Origin: Longivirga aurantiaca | GTDB lineage: Bacteria > Actinomycetota > Actinomycetes > S36-B12 > CAIYMF01 | DNA: 32,000 nucleotides | NCBI RefSeq assembly: GCF_042660085.1 | Contig: NZ_JBHSTI010000001.1 | Coordinates: 1-32,000, forward strand | Direction of reading: 5' to 3' | Shown here: positions 7,774-16,894 of the stretch, in pieces | How the letters are laid out: every line of letters starts with the position of its first letter | Numbering within the stretch: the stretch's first letter is position 1 | Made by a program: the position numbers and the translations under genes | The notes under the pieces: model-generated | What the model saw: only the letters and a program-made list of their open reading frames with translations | Told to the model about the DNA's origin: nothing | The model's database searches: none

Positions 7774-9656
7774 CAGTGGGCACCCTTCGGGAGCTCGGCC
7801 TCGGTGAGGTACTTCTTCAGCTCGCTGACCTCGAAGAGCTCGATGAGGTCCTCGCGCATCGGCGGGATCGGCTGGCGCTCGATGGCGACGCCGTCGCCCT
7901 CCGCGCGGCAGACGATGTTGACCTGGCGCCACTCAGGGTTCATGCCCGGGAAGTCGTCGCGGGTGTGGCCGCCACGGCTCTCGGTCCGCTCGAGCGCGGC
8001 CTTGGCGACCGACTCGCCGACCAGCAGCATGTTGCGCAGGTCGATCGCGAGGTGCCAGCCCGGGTTGAACGCCCGGCCGCCCTCGACCTTGGCGTTCTGC
8101 ACGCGCACCTTGAAGTCGTCGAGCCGCTCGAGCGCCTCGACGAGCTCGGCCTCGGTGCGGATGATGCCGACGAGGTCGTTCATCGTCTGCTGCAGCTCGG
8201 CGTGGATGACGAACGGGTTCTCGCCGCTCTCGATGTTGAACGGGAGCAGCGCCTCGGCCTCGGCCTCGGCCAGCATCTCGTCGGTGACCGCGGGCCGCGA
8301 GCCGCCGAGCCGGTCGATGTACTCGGCAGCACCGAGCCCGGCGCGACGGCCGAAGACCAGCAGGTCCGAGAGCGAGTTGCCGCCGAGACGGTTCGAGCCG
8401 TGCATCCCGCCGGAGACCTCGCCTGCGGCGAACAGGCCGGGGAGCTTGGTCATCTCGGAGTCGGGGTCGACCTCCACGCCACCCATGACGTAGTGGCAGG
8501 TCGGACCGACCTCCATCGGCTCCTTGGTGATGTCGACGTCGGCCAGCTCCTTGAACTGGTGCCACATCGACGGGAGCTTCTTGCGGATGACGTCGGCGGG
8601 CAGCCGGCTCGACACGTCGAGGTAGACGCCGCCGCGGGGGGATCCACGGCCCGCCTTGACCTCGGAGTTGATCGCGCGGGCGACCTCGTCGCGGGGCAGC
8701 AGCTCCGGAGGCCGGCGGTTGTTGTCGGGGTCGGTGTACCAGCGGTCACCCTCCTCGGGCGTCGTCGCGTACATCGCCTTGAAGACGTCGGGGATGTAGT
8801 CGAACATGAAGCGCTTGCCCTCGGAGTTCGTGAGGACGCCGCCATCCCCTCGCACCGACTCGGTGACGAGGATGCCCTTCACCGAGGGCGGCCAGACCAT
8901 GCCCGTCGGGTGGAACTGGATGAACTCCATGTTGAGCGTGGTCGCGCCGGCCTTCATCGCGAGGGCGTGACCGTCGCCGGTGTACTCCCACGAGCCGCTC
9001 GTGACCTTGAACGTCTTGCCGATGCCACCGGTCGCGAGCACGACGGCAGGTGCCTCGAAAAGGACGAAGTCGCCGGTCTCGCGGTAGTAGCCGTAGGCGC
9101 CGGCGGCGCGGCCGTCGGCGGTGAGCAGGCGGGTGATGGTGACCTCGGCGAAGATCTTGATGCCCGCCTCGTAGTCACCCGTCGCGCGGAAGTCGTCCTG
9201 CTGCAGCGAGACGATCTTCTGCTGCAGCGTGCGGATCAGCTCGAGGCCCGAGCGGTCGCCGACGTGGGCGAGGCGCGGGTACTCGTGGCCGCCGAAGTTG
9301 CGCTGGCTGATCTTGCCGTCGGGCGTGCGGTCGAAGAGCGCACCGTAGGTCTCCAGCTCCCAGACTCGCTGCGGCGCCTCCTTGGCGTGCAGCTCGGCCA
9401 TCCGCCACGAGTTGAGGAACTTGCCGCCGCGCATGGTGTCGCGGAAGTGGACCTGCCAGTTGTCGTTCGAGTTCACGTTGCCCATGGCCGCGGCGATGCC
9501 GCCCTCGGCCATGACGGTGTGGGCCTTGCCGAACAGCGACTTGCAGACGATGGCGACGCGCTTGCCCAGGAGTCGCGCCTCGATCGCGGCGCGCAGACCG
9601 GCGCCACCGGCACCGATGACGACGACGTCGAAGGAATGGCGCTCGAGCTCGGTCAT
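7773..9656 (-). CDS. sdhA: Succinate dehydrogenase/fumarate reductase flavoprotein subunit
   Basis: 627 aa; VVVIGAGGAGLRAAIEA, KAHTVMAEGGIAAAMGN, GGVEVDPDSEMTKLPGLFAAGEVSGGMHGSNRLGGNSL. Confidence 0.96.
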   Translation of the reverse strand: MTELERHSFDVVVIGAGGAGLRAAIEARLLGKRVAIVCKSLFGKAHTVMAEGGIAAAMGNVNSNDNWQVHFRDTMRGGKFLNSWRMAELHAKEAPQRVWELETYGALFDRTPDGKISQRNFGGHEYPRLAHVGDRSGLELIRTLQQKIVSLQQDDFRATGDYEAGIKIFAEVTITRLLTADGRAAGAYGYYRETGDFVLFEAPAVVLATGGIGKTFKVTSGSWEYTGDGHALAMKAGATTLNMEFIQFHPTGMVWPPSVKGILVTESVRGDGGVLTNSEGKRFMFDYIPDVFKAMYATTPEEGDRWYTDPDNNRRPPELLPRDEVARAINSEVKAGRGSPRGGVYLDVSSRLPADVIRKKLPSMWHQFKELADVDITKEPMEVGPTCHYVMGGVEVDPDSEMTKLPGLFAAGEVSGGMHGSNRLGGNSLSDLLVFGRRAGLGAAEYIDRLGGSRPAVTDEMLAEAEAEALLPFNIESGENPFVIHAELQQTMNDLVGIIRTEAELVEALERLDDFKVRVQNAKVEGGRAFNPGWHLAIDLRNMLLVGESVAKAALERTESRGGHTRDDFPGMNPEWRQVNIVCRAEGDGVAIERQPIPPMREDLIELFEVSELKKYLTEAELPKGAH

Positions 9657-9679
9657 GAAGGGGTTCCTTTACGCGGCCG

Positions 9680-10474
9680 TCAGAAGGAGATGTGCAGGTC
9701 GGTGCTGAGGATGCCGGACGCCAGCAGGTAGACGTAGAAGTCGGCGAGCACGACGGTGCACAGCGAGATCCACGCCCACTTCATGTGGTGGGCGTTGATG
9801 CGCGACACGAACGTCCACATCTTGTAGCGGACGGGGTGCTTGGAGAAGTGCGTGATCCGGCCGCCGACGGCGTTGCGGCAGGAGTGGCACGACAGCGTGT
9901 ACATCCACAGGGCAGCGGCGTTGACGCACAGGATGATCGTGCCGAGGCCGATGTAGCCCCAGCCGCCCTCGGGCTTCCGGAACGCCGCCACGGCGTCGAT
10001 CGTCAGCATGATGTTGAGGAGCAGCGCCAGGTAGAACGTGTAGCGGTGCATGTTGTTGAGGATCAGCGGGAGGCGGCGCTCACCGGTGTACTTGCCGTGG
10101 GGCTCGGCGACGGCGCAGGCCGGCGGCGACATCCAGAACGACCGGAAGTAGGCCTTCCGGTAGTAGTAGCAGGTGAACCGGAACGTCAGCGGGATCCACG
10201 CGATCAGCAGCGCCGGGGAGAGCGTCCACCACGAGATCGGGCCGGCGGGGATGGCGCCCGGGTCGCAGGTGGTGACCAGGCACGGCGAGTAGTACAGCGA
10301 GACGTACGGCTCGAACACGTAGTACTGACCGCTGAACACGCGCCAGGCGGAGTACACGACGAACGCCGTGAGCGCGAGGAACGTGACGAGCGGCTGGATC
10401 CACCAGCGGTCCGTCCTCAGCGTCCTGACGTCGATCTTCGCGCGTCCTGGTGCGTCGACACCGGTGCTGGCCAT
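9680..10474 (-). CDS. sdhC: Succinate dehydrogenase membrane anchor subunit, actinobacterial Sdh1-like single anchor
   Basis: 264-aa multi-TM protein directly upstream of sdhA. Cys/His-rich segments SPCLVTTCD, TCYYYRKAYFRSFWMSPPACAVAEPHGKY, LSCHSCRNAVGG. Confidence 0.8.
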   Translation of the reverse strand: MASTGVDAPGRAKIDVRTLRTDRWWIQPLVTFLALTAFVVYSAWRVFSGQYYVFEPYVSLYYSPCLVTTCDPGAIPAGPISWWTLSPALLIAWIPLTFRFTCYYYRKAYFRSFWMSPPACAVAEPHGKYTGERRLPLILNNMHRYTFYLALLLNIMLTIDAVAAFRKPEGGWGYIGLGTIILCVNAAALWMYTLSCHSCRNAVGGRITHFSKHPVRYKMWTFVSRINAHHMKWAWISLCTVVLADFYVYLLASGILSTDLHISF

Positions 10475-10700
10475 GCGGCTCCCTGCCCGTTCTGCGTGAG
10501 TCGAGTTCGCGGGTCAATCCGTGGGCGAGTGTGCCAGGACCATGCCCCCCATGGGCCCCATACCCCGGCAAGCCGGAGGGGTCCGTGACACACGCCACAA
10601 GGCTCCGCGGAGCGGCGCCTCGGACGAGGCGGCGGGGCGTGGAGCCGGCGACGGGTCGAGCGGGGCGGAGCAGGCCCCGAGAACCCGCCGGTCCGGGAGC

Positions 10701-10795
10701 ACCCGGTCCACCGGGTCACAGGTTCCTCCTGGCACGGCGTCCCTGCCAGCCAGGGACGCCGTGAGGTCCGTCACCGTCGCGGGACGCCGTCCCGC
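10701..10795. repeat. Three consecutive intergenic stem-loops in a divergent promoter region
   Basis: acccgg-tcca-ccgggt (10701-10716); cacggcgtccctg-ccagc-cagggacgccgtg (10733-10763, perfect 13 bp); gcgggac-gcc-gtcccgc (10779-10795, perfect 7 bp). Confidence 0.75.
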
Positions 10796-10850
10796 CCTGC
10801 GGCACGGGCCCCCGGTGGGTTCCCCCGCCCGCGGCCCCTAGCGTGCTCCC

Positions 10851-12176
10851 ATGGCCCCCACCACCAGCCCGGACGCGCTCGGCGCCGACGCGGTCGACCT
10901 CGCCGTCCGTCTCATCCGCGTCGACTCGACGAACGGGAACGAGACCGCCGCGGCCGAGCTCCTGGCCGAGCACCTCGAGGGGTGCGGCGCCGAGGTCGAG
11001 CTCGTCGCCCGCGACCCGCGCAGGGCCAACCTGGTCGCCCGGCTGCGCGGCACGGGCGCCGGCCCGTCGCTGGCGTTCGTGGGCCACCTCGACGTGGTCC
11101 CGGCCGACGCGCGCGACTGGACCCACCCACCGTTCGCCGGCGTGGTCGACGACGCCGGCGTGCTCTGGGGTCGCGGCGCGGTCGACATGAAGAACGAGGT
11201 GGCCTCCCGCACCGCGGCGTTCGCCTCGCTCGCCCGCTCGGGCTGGCACGGCACGGGCGACCTGCTGCTCGTCATGGTGGCCGACGAGGAGGACGGCTCG
11301 GCCGAGGTCGGCATGAACTGGCTGGTGAAGGAGCGCCCCGACATCGCGACGACGTACGCGCTCAACGAGGGCGGCGGCCTCGCCTTCGACCTCGCGGACG
11401 GCCGCCGGATCGTCGAGGTCGCCATCGGCGAGAAGGGCACCTGCCCGGTGCTGGTCGAGGCCGTCGGCGAGGCCGGCCACGCCTCGATGCCCGGCATCGG
11501 CGACAACGCCGTCGTGATCCTCGGCGAGATCCTGCGCCGGGTCGGCAGTGGCGTCGGCGAGCCGGTGGAGCACCCCGCCGTACGCCGGATGCTCGAGGCC
11601 CTGCTCGGCGCCGACGAGGTGGCCCGGCTCGGGCTGGTCGGCTCGGTCGAGGCCGCAGCAGCCCTGCACGAGACGTGGGAGCACGCCATGCCCGCCCTCG
11701 CCGGCACCACGATGGCGCCGACGATGCTGCACGGCTCGGCCGCGCGGAACGTCATGCCGGGCCGCGCCGGGGTGGAGCTCGACTGCCGGACCCTGCCAGG
11801 CACGACCGACGAGCAGGTGCTCGCCGCAGTCCGCGCCCGCCTCGGCGACGGGGTCGCCTACGAGCTCTCCTTCGCCGAGCCCGCCGTCCACGGGAACTCC
11901 TCCGCGGCCGAGGGCAGGCTCTGGGACGTCGTCAGCGCCTACGTGAGCGAGCACCTCGGCGGCGTGCCGCTGCCCGTGCTGTGCACGGGCTTCACCGACT
12001 CCGTCTACCTCCGCCGCGAGTTCGGCACCGAGGCGTTCGGGTTCAACACCTACGTCTCGACGCCGACCGTGGTCGTCGAGGAGGGGTTCCACAACCGCGA
12101 CGAGCGGATCCACGTGGACGACATCGCGCTCTCGGCGGCCTTCCACCTCGACGCCGCACGCGCGCTGCTCGGCTGA
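10851..12176 (+). CDS. M20 family metallopeptidase (ArgE/DapE/CPG2-like)
   Basis: 441 aa; SLAFVGHLDVVPADARDWTHPPFAG, LWGRGAVDMKNE, VADEEDGSAEVG, and late His region. Confidence 0.92.
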   Translation: MAPTTSPDALGADAVDLAVRLIRVDSTNGNETAAAELLAEHLEGCGAEVELVARDPRRANLVARLRGTGAGPSLAFVGHLDVVPADARDWTHPPFAGVVDDAGVLWGRGAVDMKNEVASRTAAFASLARSGWHGTGDLLLVMVADEEDGSAEVGMNWLVKERPDIATTYALNEGGGLAFDLADGRRIVEVAIGEKGTCPVLVEAVGEAGHASMPGIGDNAVVILGEILRRVGSGVGEPVEHPAVRRMLEALLGADEVARLGLVGSVEAAAALHETWEHAMPALAGTTMAPTMLHGSAARNVMPGRAGVELDCRTLPGTTDEQVLAAVRARLGDGVAYELSFAEPAVHGNSSAAEGRLWDVVSAYVSEHLGGVPLPVLCTGFTDSVYLRREFGTEAFGFNTYVSTPTVVVEEGFHNRDERIHVDDIALSAAFHLDAARALLG

Positions 12177-12183
12177 GCGGGCG

Positions 12184-13407
12184 TCAGACCAGCGGGTGCA
12201 GGAACAGCCCGCTCGCCAGCTTCGGCTCGAACCACGTCGACTTGGGCGGCATGACCTCGCCCCGGTCGGCGACGGCGAGCAGCTCGTCGGTCGAGGTCGG
12301 GAAGAGCGTGAACCCCACGGCGAACGAGCCCCCTGCCACGAGCCGGTCGATCTCGCCCGCACCCCTGATGCCCCCGACGAACGCGATCCGCGCATCGGTG
12401 CGCGGGTCCGCGATACCGAGGAGCGGTCGCAGCACGAGCTCCTGGAGGACGGAGACGTCGAGGCGCGCGAGGGCGTCGGTCTCGTCCACCGCACCGGGGC
12501 GCGCGATCGCGGTGCGCCACCCGTCCGAGAGCCGGATGCCGAACGAGTGCCGCCCCGACGGGGTGACCGGACCGTCCGCGGGCACGAGGTCGAAGTGCTC
12601 GCCCACAGCCTCGAGGAGAGCGTCCTCGGTGAGGCCGGCGAGGTCGCGCACCACCCGGTTGTAGGCCATCACGTGGACGTCGTCGAGCGGGAAGACCACG
12701 GCAAGGAACGCGTCGTGGGTGCCGGGCTGCCCCACCCGCTGGGCGTGCACCCGCGAGGCGGCGGCGCTGCGGTGGTGCCCGTCGGCGACGTACAGGTCGC
12801 CGGCACCGGCGAAGGCCGAGCGCAGCGCGTCGACCTGCGCGGCGTCCGTGACGACCCACAGCGTGTGGCCGACGCCGTCCCGCGCGACGAGGTCGACCTG
12901 CGGCTCGCGCGCGGTGACCTCGGCGACCACCGCGTCGACGGCGGCCGAGCGCCGCGACAGCAGGAACACCGGCTCGTCCTGGGCGTCGAGGGCGGCGACG
13001 TGCCGCACCCGGTCGTCCTCCTTGTCGGGCCGCGTGTGCTCGTGGGTGCGCACCCGCTGCTCGTCGTAGTCGGCCACGGCGACCGTGGCGACCACGCCCG
13101 TCTGCACGACATCGCCCATCACCTGCCGGTAGACCGAGTACGTCGGCACCTCGTCGCGGACGAGCACACCGTCGGCCACGAACGCGTCGAGCGTGCGGCG
13201 GCCGAGCGCGTACACCTCGTCGCTGTGCGGGTCGGCGTCGTCCGCGAGGTCGATCTCCGGCCGCGAGACGCGCAGGAACGACATCGGGTCCCCGGCTGCG
13301 TACGCGCGCGCCTCGGCGGTGTCGACCACGTCGTACGGCGGGGAGACCACGCGGGCCTCGAGCCCGGCAGCGGGGCGCAGCGCGCGGAACGGGCGGACGT
13401 CGACCAT
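12184..13407 (-). CDS. DUF1015 domain-containing protein
   Basis: 407 aa; RPFRALRPAAGLEARVVSPPYDVV N-terminus, LYVADGHHRSAAASR. Confidence 0.9.
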   Translation of the reverse strand: MVDVRPFRALRPAAGLEARVVSPPYDVVDTAEARAYAAGDPMSFLRVSRPEIDLADDADPHSDEVYALGRRTLDAFVADGVLVRDEVPTYSVYRQVMGDVVQTGVVATVAVADYDEQRVRTHEHTRPDKEDDRVRHVAALDAQDEPVFLLSRRSAAVDAVVAEVTAREPQVDLVARDGVGHTLWVVTDAAQVDALRSAFAGAGDLYVADGHHRSAAASRVHAQRVGQPGTHDAFLAVVFPLDDVHVMAYNRVVRDLAGLTEDALLEAVGEHFDLVPADGPVTPSGRHSFGIRLSDGWRTAIARPGAVDETDALARLDVSVLQELVLRPLLGIADPRTDARIAFVGGIRGAGEIDRLVAGGSFAVGFTLFPTSTDELLAVADRGEVMPPKSTWFEPKLASGLFLHPLV

Positions 13408-13416
13408 GTGCCGAAC

Positions 13417-14091
13417 CTAGCCGGTGACGACGGCCGGCTGCGCGCCCTGCCGCGACCGCGCGAGCGCCACCCAGCCGACGGTGATGAGCACCTGAGCCGC
13501 GGCGTAGGTGGCCATGACCAGCACGCCCGATGCGGGGATCGACACGTCCGCCGCGCGGAGGCCGATGAGCAGGTCGGACACGAGGAACAGCACGCCGCCG
13601 ACCCCGACGAGGCGGCTTCCTGTCGCCAGCGCGCACGCCGCCATCGCGACGAGGGCCAGCGAGTAGACCGTGATGGGCCAGCGCAGCTCGCCGAGCAGCG
13701 GCCCGAGCGCCACGTTGAGCGCCACCCAGAGCAGGGCCCAGCCGACCACGACCACGGGGCGGTCGCGGAGCCACGCGCCCGCTCCGAGCCGGAGGAACCC
13801 GCGGATGTAGCAGACCTGCATCACGAGGAAGGCGACTATCCCGGCGAGGAACGCGAGGGTGCCGGGCAGCTCGAAGAGGACGTCGCCGAGCAGGGCGAAG
13901 GCGAGCCCGGCCATGAGCAGCCGCGGCGGCCGACGGTCGGTCGCGAGCCACGCCCACACCAGCAGCAGGCCGACGATGAACGGCTTGGTCGCGGTGGCGA
14001 CCGGCTCGAGCCCGACGCCGACCGCGACGACGTTGACGGCGCAGACAGCGACGAACGCGGCGAAGACGCCACGGGGCGAAGGCATGCGCAT
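13417..14091 (-). CDS. YhhN-family lysoplasmalogenase
   Basis: About 224 aa from ATG 14091 (alternative 14085). Multi-TM protein with TKPFIVGLLLVWAWLATDRR, LLGDVLFELPG, LFLVSDLLIGLRAAD motifs. Confidence 0.85.
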   Translation of the reverse strand: MRMPSPRGVFAAFVAVCAVNVVAVGVGLEPVATATKPFIVGLLLVWAWLATDRRPPRLLMAGLAFALLGDVLFELPGTLAFLAGIVAFLVMQVCYIRGFLRLGAGAWLRDRPVVVVGWALLWVALNVALGPLLGELRWPITVYSLALVAMAACALATGSRLVGVGGVLFLVSDLLIGLRAADVSIPASGVLVMATYAAAQVLITVGWVALARSRQGAQPAVVTG

Positions 14092-14132
14092 CCTCGGGTG
14101 GGGGTGGGCGGGACGCGCACACCCTACGTCGG

Positions 14133-14585
14133 TCAGACCCTGCGTCGCGCGGCCTTGGCCGCCGCGACGAACGCGTCCGGCGGCGTCCCCGCGATGACCT
14201 CGGCGACGAGGTCGAGGTCGAGGTCCGCAGCCTTCGTGAACCGCACGCAGGACTTGCCCATGTCGAGCCGCTTGGGGCCGTCCCACCGTTCGCGGAAGAC
14301 CTCTTCGGAGATGCGTCCGGCCGCGGAGTAGACGGTCATCAGGTAGAGCGAGCAGTAGTTCTTCTGCGCGGCGAGGGCGACGTACGCGAGGGCATGGCCG
14401 TTGTACGTGTCGGGGTACACCTCGAGCGGGACGGCCCACGTGATCATCCCGTAGTCCATGGTCTCGACGTAGCCGTCGGGGAGGTTCGCGTTGACGAGCT
14501 CCCGAACCGCCTCGATCTCGGCGGCGCGGTCGGGAGCGAGCTCCGCGACGTACTGGTCCGGGGTGAGCGCTCCGGACGACACCAT
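14133..14585 (-). CDS. DUF1801 domain-containing protein
   Basis: 150 aa from ATG 14585 with upstream SD-like gggaggga. TPDQYVAELAPDRAAEIEAVRELV, YGMITWAVPLEVYPDTYNG, LDMGKSCVRFTK. Confidence 0.88.
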   Translation of the reverse strand: MVSSGALTPDQYVAELAPDRAAEIEAVRELVNANLPDGYVETMDYGMITWAVPLEVYPDTYNGHALAYVALAAQKNYCSLYLMTVYSAAGRISEEVFRERWDGPKRLDMGKSCVRFTKAADLDLDLVAEVIAGTPPDAFVAAAKAARRRV

Positions 14586-14605
14586 GGCGGTCTCCCTCCC
14601 TGCGG

Positions 14606-16036
14606 TCAGATCCCCGACTGCGCGGTGATGCGGCCGTCGGCGATCGCCTGCACGAGCGCAGCGTGGTCCTGACGGTTCTGGTCGGCGTAGTGGTGGCCGA
14701 ACTCCACGAGCGCGTCGTCGAGCTTGCGGCTGCTGCCGACGTACGACGCGATCGCGACCCGGTCGCCCGAGCGGGCGTGGGCGCGGGCGAGCGTCCAGGC
14801 GCAGACCTCGCCGTACACCCGCATGCCGATCGGGAGCAGGGTCGAGACGTCGACGCTGCCCTTGCCGTCGCGCAGCTGGCGCACGTAGAAGTCGCGCGGC
14901 TGGCCGTCGATGCCGTGCCCGTGGTACCAGCCGAGGAAGATGTCGGTCGAGGCCTGCATCAGCTGCTGGCCGGCTACCACGCGTCGGCCGTGCGACTCGA
15001 ACGTCGAGTGCCCGAGGTACGGCTCGAGCACCGACGCCTGCGCCTCCTTCCACTGCAGGATCAGCGGGTCGGTGCCATCCCTGCCGAGGAGCAGCACGAT
15101 CCAGGCCCGGGTGCCGACGCTGCCGACGCCGACGACCTTCCGCGCGAGGTCGACGAAGCGGTACTGCTGCACGAGGTCGCGCCGGTCGTCGGGCAGCGAG
15201 CGGAGGTAGTGGCTGAGGAACCGGTCGGCGACCGACGCGACCCACTCCCAGTCGGTCTCCAGGAGCTCGTCGACGGGGACGATCAGAGGCGGCTCCGACC
15301 GGAAGCGCGGCCCGTCGTCGGTCTGCCTGGTCAGCTTGGCGAAGGCCTGCATGCTGTCGCGCGAGGCGAACTTCGCCGACTGCCGGTTGAACGCCTTGAC
15401 GCGCGCCGGGGCGATCTGGGTCCGCACCGTGTCCAGCAGGGCCTCCACCTCGAGGCGGGAGTACCAGACCGCGAGGTTGCCCTGGGTGGCGAACGTCGCC
15501 ATCGCGGTGCGGTACGTGCGGACCGAGTCGCGCACGACCTCCTCGATCTCGTCCTGCGTGTAGCCGTTGTCCTGCCCGGCGATGACGAGCGAGGCCATCA
15601 GCCGCTTGAGGTCCCACTCCCACGGGCCCGGCAGCGTCTCGTCGAAGTCGTTGAGGTCGAACACCAGCCGACGGTCGGGCGAGTTGTAGACCCCGAAGTT
15701 GAGCAGGTGCGCGTCGCCGCAGAGCTGGGCGTTGATGCCGGACGACGGCGTGCCCGCGAGATCAGCCGCCATGACCGCCGCCGCTCCGCGGTAGAACGCG
15801 AACGGCGAGGACGCCATCCGGCCGTACCGGATCGGCACGAGCTCGGGCACACGCGTCGCCGCCTGCTCCTCGAGGATGCTGAGGGGGTCGCGGCGGTCGG
15901 GTGGCAGCACCAGTGCCGCGTGCGACGAGCGCGGCAGCCGCTTGCGCGCCTCCTTGCCGCGCGCGACCTGCTGCTCGACCGTGCCCCGTCGACCCGACAG
16001 CACGTGGTGCGACTCGTGGTCCTCGACAGCGTTCAT
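14606..16036 (-). CDS. DUF2252 domain-containing protein
   Basis: About 476 aa; RMASSPFAFYRGAAAVMAADLAGTPSSGINAQLCGDAHLLNFGVY...VFDLNDFDETLPGPWEWDLKRL. ATGA overlap with the upstream ROK gene. Confidence 0.92.
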   Translation of the reverse strand: MNAVEDHESHHVLSGRRGTVEQQVARGKEARKRLPRSSHAALVLPPDRRDPLSILEEQAATRVPELVPIRYGRMASSPFAFYRGAAAVMAADLAGTPSSGINAQLCGDAHLLNFGVYNSPDRRLVFDLNDFDETLPGPWEWDLKRLMASLVIAGQDNGYTQDEIEEVVRDSVRTYRTAMATFATQGNLAVWYSRLEVEALLDTVRTQIAPARVKAFNRQSAKFASRDSMQAFAKLTRQTDDGPRFRSEPPLIVPVDELLETDWEWVASVADRFLSHYLRSLPDDRRDLVQQYRFVDLARKVVGVGSVGTRAWIVLLLGRDGTDPLILQWKEAQASVLEPYLGHSTFESHGRRVVAGQQLMQASTDIFLGWYHGHGIDGQPRDFYVRQLRDGKGSVDVSTLLPIGMRVYGEVCAWTLARAHARSGDRVAIASYVGSSRKLDDALVEFGHHYADQNRQDHAALVQAIADGRITAQSGI

Positions 16037-16782
16037 CTCTGCAGCTCCCATGCCCGCACTCCACCGACGATCCCTGCCGTGTTCGGGACGATGACGACGT
16101 CGTCCCCGAGGACGGCGATGACCTCGGGCGACAGCACGCGCGCATTGCCGCCGCCGACGTACAGCCTGTCCCACACGAAGACCGGACGCAGCGCATCGAC
16201 CACACGGCGCACCCGCCGTGACCAGAACGCCGGGCCGAGCCGCTTGCGCTCCTTGTCGCCGATGTAGGTGTCGTACGACTGGCCCCAGCGGACCGGCGCC
16301 TGGGAGAGCTCGAGGTGGGGCGCGAGCCGACCGCCGTCGAAGAGCGCGCAGCCGAGCCCGGTGCCGAGGGTGAGCACCAGCTCGAGGCCCACCCCGGTGA
16401 CGACGCCGGCGCCGTGCACCTCGGCGTCGTTGAGCACGAGAGCGGGCATCCCGAGGCGGGCCGCGAGCGCGGCCTGGGCGTCGAAGCCGTGCCACTGCTC
16501 GACGAGGTCCGGCAGCACCCTGCTGCGCGGACCGCTCTCGGTGACGTAGTGCGGGGTCACGATGACGACGCCGTGGCGGATCATCCCGGGCAGGCCCACC
16601 GTGGCGCGGTCGGCCTTCGGCAGCTCGGTCGCGAGGCCCGCGACGGTGTCCAGGAACCGGTCGATCGACAGCGGGTACGGCGTCGGCACGCGGACCGGCT
16701 TGGCGTGCAGCGTGCCCGCGGGGTCGAGCACGGACGCCTTGATGCCCGTGCCCCCGCAGTCGACGGCGAGCGTCATGGTCAT
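16033..16782 (-). CDS. ROK family sugar kinase, polyphosphate-glucokinase-like
   Basis: From ATG 16782; LAVDCGGTGIKASVLD, VLTLGTGLGCALFDGGRLAPHLELS, DRLYVGGGNARVL. Confidence 0.82.
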   Translation of the reverse strand: MTMTLAVDCGGTGIKASVLDPAGTLHAKPVRVPTPYPLSIDRFLDTVAGLATELPKADRATVGLPGMIRHGVVIVTPHYVTESGPRSRVLPDLVEQWHGFDAQAALAARLGMPALVLNDAEVHGAGVVTGVGLELVLTLGTGLGCALFDGGRLAPHLELSQAPVRWGQSYDTYIGDKERKRLGPAFWSRRVRRVVDALRPVFVWDRLYVGGGNARVLSPEVIAVLGDDVVIVPNTAGIVGGVRAWELQR

Positions 16783-16858
16783 GGGCGGATCACGCGGGGC
16801 ATTCTGCTCCCCCCGGCCGCCTACGGCGGCCAGACCCGACGACACGCCGTACTCGCAC

Positions 16859-16874
16859 TAGGACACGTGTTCGA
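16859..16874. promoter_or_regulatory. Candidate LexA/SOS-box-like half-degenerate palindrome upstream of the AlkB-like gene
   Basis: TAGGAC-ACGT-GTTCGA versus TCGAAC-N4-GTTCGA: perfect right half and 4/6 left half. Confidence 0.35.
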
Positions 16875-16894
16875 TACCTTGCTAGGGTGCCGCC

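Noticed and set aside
14092-14439. N-terminal extension of the lysoplasmalogenase ORF to 14439
   Set aside because: It overlaps the DUF1801 gene on the same strand with unnatural Arg/Gly-rich sequence. A normal start exists at 14091/14085.
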